Origin: Trichoplax adhaerens
Lineage: Eukaryota > Animalia > Placozoa
Direction: 5' to 3'
Assembly (NCBI RefSeq): GCF_000150275.1
Contig: NW_002060947.1
Coordinates: forward strand, 1,539,823-1,603,822
Length of the DNA stretch: 64,000 nucleotides
Shown in pieces: positions 56,479 through 64,000 of the stretch. Made by a program: the position numbers and the translations under genes. The notes beneath the pieces are model-generated. The model searched no databases. It was not told the origin of the DNA and saw only the letters and a program-made list of their open reading frames with translations. Within the stretch, counting starts at the first letter, position 1. Each line of letters begins with the position of its first letter.

Positions 56479-59400
56479 ATGGAAACTGCAGATACACCCT
56501 ATGATGAAGAAGAGTTTGTTCGACAATTTCAACAAAATCGAGAACATTTCCATGGCTTAGAGAAAGGAAAATCACTGAAATCTCAACGCAATAAAAAGAA
56601 AAAGCGTGCATTATCAACGTCTGATCGAGCGGCTGCTGTCGCTCTAGCATTAATAGAGGATAAAGACGAAGCACATTACGGAACTCAGCCCCGATCTGGT
56701 AATTTAATTAAATTGATTCAAATCTTTGAAAAAGACTATCAGCTAAGAGAACACTTGGAATCAACGGGGAAAAAGGGAGCCAGTGACGATGATTTAGTAG
56801 AAGTTGTCAATACAAAGACAGGCAAAACAGCATCCATTCGCCTGAAAGATATCAAAAGGGCTTCCATTACCCTAAGAAACTATAAAGAAAGAGGAAGTAT
56901 TCCAGCCGAATTCGGTAACTATCAAACAAAACTATTTTTCTTTCGCTAATATCCTCCTTTTATTTAATTCATAATTAAATGTGCCGATGGATTTTTGAAT
57001 GATACACAGATTCAACTATATACTCATTAATCATGGCCTAGTCGCTATGAATACTGTTTACAGCGTTGGCTAATGCCTATCGCGATATCGCATGATATTG
57101 ATTGCAAATTTTTATCTACATCTTATTCGATATTTCAGTGTCAATCTTATTGGCTGCAGTCTAATATTAAATTTTCAGATTGTATAGTAGCAAAGGGCAT
57201 AGAGTGTTCATTTTCTTTCAGTGTTGTCATACCTGCCACAGAATAAGAAATTAATTTAATGCGATATAGTTTGGCATCGTTTTCAACTTGCGCTTCCTCG
57301 TTAATTATAACGGATCGAGTTCCGTGGATAAGCTACTTCTGGATGCTATGTATAACTACCTATTAATCTATATGATACCATGTTAGGCTGCAGTTCTAGA
57401 TTATGTTCATATGGTGTGCATACTATATTTAAATTATACGTAAATATACGTGTATACCGAATTTTTCTATTGGATAGTGATATCGATAAAATCATGCTCA
57501 ACTCGTTAAAAGGCGCATGAATCAACAACACCAATTGCAGCAAGTAGGAATTCCATATTCACATGATTTATTGACTTCTATTTCTGTTCAGGAAAACACG
57601 ATACTGAAGCAGAGGCTGCTGCTGATGCTATTATGCAAGCCATTGAAGGTGTCGATTTCGATGACGATTATGATTCCACTGACGATGATAATAGCGACAA
57701 CAACGAGGAGCATATGATAGAGATTGATGAAGAAATGCGAGCTAAACATGATTTACCATTGATAAAGCTAAATTTACCGGCGTCTTTCCAGGAGACTATT
57801 AAGCAAGGCGATCAAACAGCCATCGCTTCTTCAAGTCCACTTGCAAAGAGCCCTCATGAAACAGCAACGTTTTCTACTGAAGGTAGGAAATGCTTTCATC
57901 TATGCAAATGATCAATATTTTTGAAACATGCAAAGCAATCTTATCGATGTCATTTCTTTATTATGATATTCTTGAAGAATCTAGCCGTGGAAGTGAAACT
58001 TCAGAACGAGTTCAATATACTTCAGGTAAAGAAATGGAATACCTAGCTGTTCTACTAGGGCAGTAGTGTTTGTTCATCACCATCATGATAAATTATTATT
58101 TGATAACTTATAAAAATAGATTACTGTTCTACTCAGCCAAGAGTGTTTGTTCTTGACTATCTTGATCTATGAGTTGATAGCTTATAAAAAATAGATTACT
58201 GTTTTACTTGGCCAAGACTGCTTATTCTTCATCTATTAGTGGATACCTTGTAAAAATAAATTACTATTCTACTTGGCCATGAGTGTTTATTCTTTATCTA
58301 TTAGTGGATACCTTATAAAGATAGATTACTATTCTACTTGGCCAAGAGTGTTTATTCTTCACCCTCATGATACGAGCATATTACTTGATAGCTTGTAAAA
58401 ATAGATTACTATTCTACAAGGTCTTCATCTTTGACCGCCTCCACGCAAATGCTATCGATTAAATTAATCAATGGCGTCTAAGAATTAATGACTGTCAAGC
58501 AATAGTGTTCATTTGTGACCATCTCCACGCCATTACCTTACTGTCGATGAACTTAAGTAATGGCTTCTAAAAATTGATCGCTGTTGTACTTGGGCCATCT
58601 TGACACAAATACCATCGATTAATCGATAATATTCGAAGAATAGATGACAGTTTTAACTTGGCTATTTTTTGATGTTGTAATTCATGTAGTGATGAAATCG
58701 TCGGAAATACGCAGCATTATTCGATCTCCATCAACAGAGCCACAAGATTCGCCAACATCACCTTCAAGCTATGATTTTAGTAGAAATACTCCGAGTAGAA
58801 GTATTCTTCAAGGTAGTAGCTATAGCGACTATGTCAAAGAAACGCGAGGCCGAACCAGTTCCTTTGGTAGTGCTCGTAGATATAGAGGTAAACATCCCAT
58901 TGCTAGGCAAGATTTCGTTAGCTAAAGCCATTGATTTACAATCTCTTATTCATTTTAATGCTTCACATCGCTTGATTCTTACGTGAAACCATGGACTACT
59001 AAATAAAGAGTAATTAGTAGTCCATAGTTAAACTGACATCGAAATATTGCTCCATCATCTCTTGCAATATTATTTTTACGTCAATGTCCAAATTATTCCC
59101 AATTAACTTGAACCCTCTATTTCATGTTAAAGGCACAAGCGGCTCAGAAGTGACCACTACAACTCAATCAAGTGAAGATCCTCAGCAAAGTTCGATTCAT
59201 AAATCGACAATAGTGATAGAACCCAAAAGTGGAAAGACTCCTAATCACAGTCAAGAAATTATTCCTTCATCTACAACTACTACTCGCACTTATCATACTC
59301 AATCAAGTATAGAGCAGCTACATGGATCCATCACTAAATCGACAACGATAGAATCGAAAGGTGGAAAGATTTCCAAGCACAGTCAGGAAGTGATTCCTTC

Positions 59401-62400
59401 ATCCACTACTACTACTACTCGTACTTATCAGGTTCAATCTGATCCGAAGCAAGGATCGATCACCAAATCGACCACTGTGATCGAATCTAAAAGCGGAAAG
59501 ACTTCGAGCCACGATCAGGAAATGGCTCCTTCGTCAACTACTTCTACTGGCAATTATCAAGGTGGAAGCACAAAAAGAACTGTTATACGAGTGAATAACT
59601 CTCGTAATAGAACCATTTCTAGAAGCGGCAAGTACAGTCGTTGTTTTCCTATATTAGTTTTCCATATATTTCCAAGCATGCTTATGCTCATGAGGTCTTT
59701 TTTATACCTTGATAAGCATTCATGATACACGCATGCATGTCCTGCTATCTGAAATTAGACGTATTTTGATCATTTTTTAGACTCATCAGGACATAGTCCG
59801 AGTAGAGAACCGTTGAACGCATCCGAAGCAATCGTCGTCTCTCAAACTATGGCAGAAACTTCCCATGCAATAAATTTTGAAAGTCTGGACGAAGGAACAG
59901 TGGATCAACCCGCCATGACTAGAGCTAATAACCAACAAGGGCAAATCAAAGCAGTCGTGGGGGCAAAATCACCAGACAGCCATACTCTACCGTCTACAAG
60001 TAATTACAAGTCGTTTAATGTTCAATATTGCACTTGAACTTATACAGTCGCTATTGCTCCATTTTACTATCATTGCTTTAGAATTGTCATTTCATCCGAG
60101 TATATTGTATTGGATCATGATGGCATTTCCCCTAAGCCATTATGAACAATCAATAAATAAGTTAATTCTACACGAACACTGTTGAATATCACAAGAATGT
60201 AATAGAACTGACAGTAGTCCTGACCTTCCTTTCATAGTTTGGTTAGAATATATCCAATTAACCATACTATTTGCTACCATAAATAGTATTATAGTTTTGT
60301 TCAAAAGCTCTCTTTGGATGTAACGAGGGTGCAAGCATCTTATTACTGTCTATAAATCATACAATATGCTTTTGTAGATTGTTTAGCATACTACTATCCG
60401 AAAACTCTTCTTGGATATATCACCATTTCATAACTTATTCAAAACATCAAAACAACGGTGCTATCCGCTACTGTCGATTTTACAATTCTTCCCGAAAACT
60501 CTCTAGACAGCCATTTCATAGCTTGATTAGAACATCCATGCTACCGTAGACTGTACAGTTTTACAATCCCAGCCGAAAACTTCCTTGGATATCATGAGGA
60601 TGCAATAGAATTAACCTTGCTATCCGCTACTGTAGATTATATAGTATAATAATTCTACCCGAACATTCCCTTGGATATGGCAAGGATGTAATAGACAGTA
60701 CCTTCGACTTTCATTGCATAGGTCGGCCAGAATATTAAATTAACCATGTTGCACGCTACGATAGATTGTATAGAGTTTTACTATGTTTCGCTATCCACTT
60801 TCAACCCTTTTTAACTTGTTTTTTGAATCTACTACGCATCTTTTTCTTGTCTGCATGGATTAGCTTAAATACGATTTAATTTTGGACTCTTTTTTCTATG
60901 TCATGCAATAGCTACAAGGAAGGTTTCGCAATCAGAAGTAGCGCAATCACCTGTTTTGCAATCAACCCATTTGGTCAAGACTGAAAACCGATTCCAATAT
61001 CCCAGTGTTGATCATTCTCGTCAATCTGTTAATAACAAAGATGTGGACAAGCAGAACATACCTAAGAGAAATACGGAGAAAACTTTTATCACGACGAGTA
61101 ATCATTCGTCCTCTCCGCAGTATAGAAATAGTCCTACTCATACTTTGCCCGAAAATACTTCAACAAGAACAAGCATCTCTAATCGAGATGGAACATCAAT
61201 TGCTACTACTGGCCAAGCCGTAAATGAAGTAGATCACGCTAAGCATGCTGTTAGCAGGCCAAGCTACAAAATGAACAGCACAAATCAAGTAGATACAGCG
61301 CCTAAATCCGATACATTCGCTTCCAAAATTGCTAGCAAAGATGGTCAATCAAATAAGCCAATGGGTCAAGCAGCCAATCCTATACATGCAAGCCATATCG
61401 TTCATGAAGAAAGCCAAAACAAGGATACAGCCTATCCAAATCAGATAGACGTAAGACCAAGAAATTTATCCTCTACACAACAACATGATCCATCATTATT
61501 AGAAACGTCTAGCAGCGATGCAACGCATAGTCCCAATGATACACAAGACAGTGGATACCAGATTCATATTACACACGAAAATTTTTCATCTCCTGGACAA
61601 GAAAAGATATTGATGTCAACCATCTCAACTGGAGATACTCAGTTCAATGGTCAAGCAGGTAGTGAAGTAGATCATACAAGTAGTGCCGCCAGTCGAAGTA
61701 GTTTACGTTATAAAACAAGCAATAGAAAGCAAACCGATACCACATATGCAAGTTTATCCTCTGCACGGTATGCCAGGTTGAATACTTATAATACGCAAGA
61801 AAGTAATTCAACTACTTCCAAAACTTCTACAAATCAAGCAGTAGACGAAGTAGATCATGCAAGTAATATCGTTCGTTTGCGCACTCTACGTGATCAACAG
61901 GATGATAGAGATCAAACAGGAATGACATATGGAAGTTTATCCTCCAAGCGGTATAGAAACCCCGATAGTCGTCATCCGCAAGCAAATGACTTAATAACAT
62001 CGAAAACAACCAATAGAAACGTTAAATTAATCTCATCTAGCGACCAATTCGATCATCCAAATCATAATGCTGCTAACCTGCGTGGTGAAAAAACCGAAGA
62101 TAGCAATCAACTGCGCCAACAAAATGAAATTAACCATCGAAATGTATCAACTACGATCAAACAGAAAAATATAAATGGTACCGAAAATATTCATCGAAAT
62201 GATGCACATCGAAATGCAAGTAAGGTATTATCACCTACTATTGAGGCTACTGCCCTTGCTGCAACGGCTTCTGATCCATCTGCAAAATCAACGGATTTTG
62301 TTAGCCATCAAGTTACTCCATCAGAGAAGGAGAGAAAAATCAATTCTGTTTCATATGTCAAGCATAAGCCATCCAAAGGCATAAAATATCAAACTAACAT

Positions 62401-64000
62401 TCATCATGTCAATAACGGTGAGCCTAAAATAAATACGAATGGATATCCTAGCGGTCATTTACAATCACAAACAGGTCATCATCAACTCACATCGACAGAA
62501 AATAAGATTCCGAATAATGTTGATTCTACTGTAATTGCTGCATCTGCGGTAATGCCTGATGAGGAACAGCCTACAAGAGATCTGGCCAACGAAGAAATTC
62601 AACCTCAAATCGTTGATAACGCAGAACAAGCCGTTGAGCTACAACCTGAACAATCTGCTGGAGTACAACCTTCAACAACAGAAAGTACAACTGAGAATGA
62701 ACCAGTAACTGCTCCTGATTCGGTCGATGCCAAAAAATCAACAAATGATACTGCAGCTCCCGAAGTAACCAAAACGAATAATCCAATATCAAGTGTAATA
62801 TCAAGATTTATTCCAATGAGCATTATCAAGAAATCTGCTAATAAATCCGGACAACGTGACACTGCCAAAGCAGATCCTAATGCATTCGATAAAACAGTAA
62901 AAGTCGATGATGACGACGATTGGCATATTATTTCACTTATAAAACGTGAAAAAGATGAATCGACGGCCGAGAATGCAGAAGACGTTGCTCCGTCAAGTAT
63001 AAATGAACCAGAAGCAAATCAAGAATCGACCAATGCAGATAGTAGTGCCCCTACTGCTTTAGGTGTTACTGCTACTGCAGCAATGGCGACTTCAAAGGAC
63101 GTAGAGAATACTCATATACAACGTGAGGAAGATAATTCTGTGAATCAGAATACCTCTTCATCTCCGAATGATTTGCAAAAGGGTACTTCTGAAAAGAATA
63201 AAATGAAAGGAGAGAATAATAATGCTGATATTGCACTAGAGGCAGCGGGAATAACAGCCGTGGCTGCATCGGCAGCAGCATATGAATCGGAACCAATGTC
63301 GGAAAAGCCGCAATCAATATCAGCTAAAGGAGACAAGGAACACGCTCCAGATGATGCACACTCACGCATAAAAACAACAGCACCCTCTAATAGTCGATAC
63401 TCAAATAAGAACCACACCAATCTAAAAGACGTGAAGACCACTAAAGCTGCACCTCAAAATAGTGTAGAATCTTCTGCGGCAGTACCATTAGCAACTACCA
63501 ATGGAGACATCAAAGTAGAACATAAGAATACTCAATCCATACATGAAGGTAATGAATTGAAAGCTGATCATACTCAAGAAAATGAATCTTCGATGTCAAA
63601 GCCTACAGAAGCTGAAGTAATTTCACCAAATCAGAGTATATTACCACAACAAACGCAACATAAGACAGTGGAAATGACAATGCAAAAAGAGAAACCCAAT
63701 GATACTGACAAGGATAGGCCTACAGAACCTTCTATCGCCAACGATTCTAATATATCTAAGGTAAAAAAAGAGGAATTGCCAACTGCAGGTCGACAAGTAA
63801 GCCAACGTCCATCTATCAATCAAGAGGAAAATAAAGTAGTGACTAATCATGATGAAGTCAATGATTCTGCAACTACTCATAATGAAATAAATAAACAGGC
63901 TGCTGTGGATCAGGTGAAATCTACATCTTCCCATGGAATAACAAACCAACATAAGTACGAATATCAGGGCAAAGAAGGAACTCATCCATCTCAAGATAGC
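56479..64000 (+). CDS. Large uncharacterised Ser/Thr/Asn/Glu-rich, probably intrinsically disordered protein (about 1590 aa in window, 3' end beyond window); exons 56479-56914, 57592-57882, 57978-58025, 58690-58887, 59133-59627, 59781-59999, 60912-beyond 64000
   Basis: ATG at 56479 is preceded by an in-frame TGA. Six phase-1 introns join the listed ORF pieces. The frame from 60912 to the window end is stop-free by manual translation. No recognisable globular domain. Confidence 0.85.
58100..58420. repeat. Intronic tandem array, about 65-80 bp unit, about 5 copies
   Basis: cttataaaaatagattact.ttctacttggccaagagtgttt recurs at about 58107, 58181, 58246, 58311 and 58391. Confidence 0.85.
60360..60780. 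repeat. Intronic degenerate tandem array (about 90-120 bp unit)
   Basis: gctatccgctactgtagatt...ccgaaaact..cttggatat recurs about 4 times. Confidence 0.65.

Noticed and set aside
61005-63994. Alternative-frame and antisense ORFs over the large exon, and plus-strand ORFs opposite Fezf
   Set aside because: Shadows of the genuine long reading frames.

Overview
AT-rich eukaryotic (animal) genomic DNA with many short GT-AG introns. Gene compactness and a SNAG-bearing Fez gene suggest an early-branching metazoan such as a placozoan; this is inference only. Four protein-coding genes were spliced by hand: (1) a Fez-family six-C2H2 zinc-finger gene (minus, 7349-9449) whose short first exon, missed by the ORF track, encodes a SNAG peptide (MPKSFLVRK); (2) an N4BP2/NONU-1-like CUE + P-loop kinase + CUE + DUF1771 + Smr gene (minus, 26808-33252); (3) UBE2K/HIP2 (minus, 43703-50162, 9 exons); (4) a very large, apparently disordered orphan protein (plus, from 56479 past the window end) with internal repeats and a canonical LIR motif. 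There is also a THAP-domain fragment at about 40.0-40.9 kb. Non-coding space holds about ten mutually unrelated tandem arrays, a mini Helitron-like insertion, several palindromes, a 17 kb gene-free stretch upstream of Fezf, and a palindrome-rich repeat block flanked by TGGAT-rich shoulders in the divergent promoter region of UBE2K. No rRNA, tRNA, CRISPR array or intact transposase was recognised. Most short ORFs in the supplied track look spurious.
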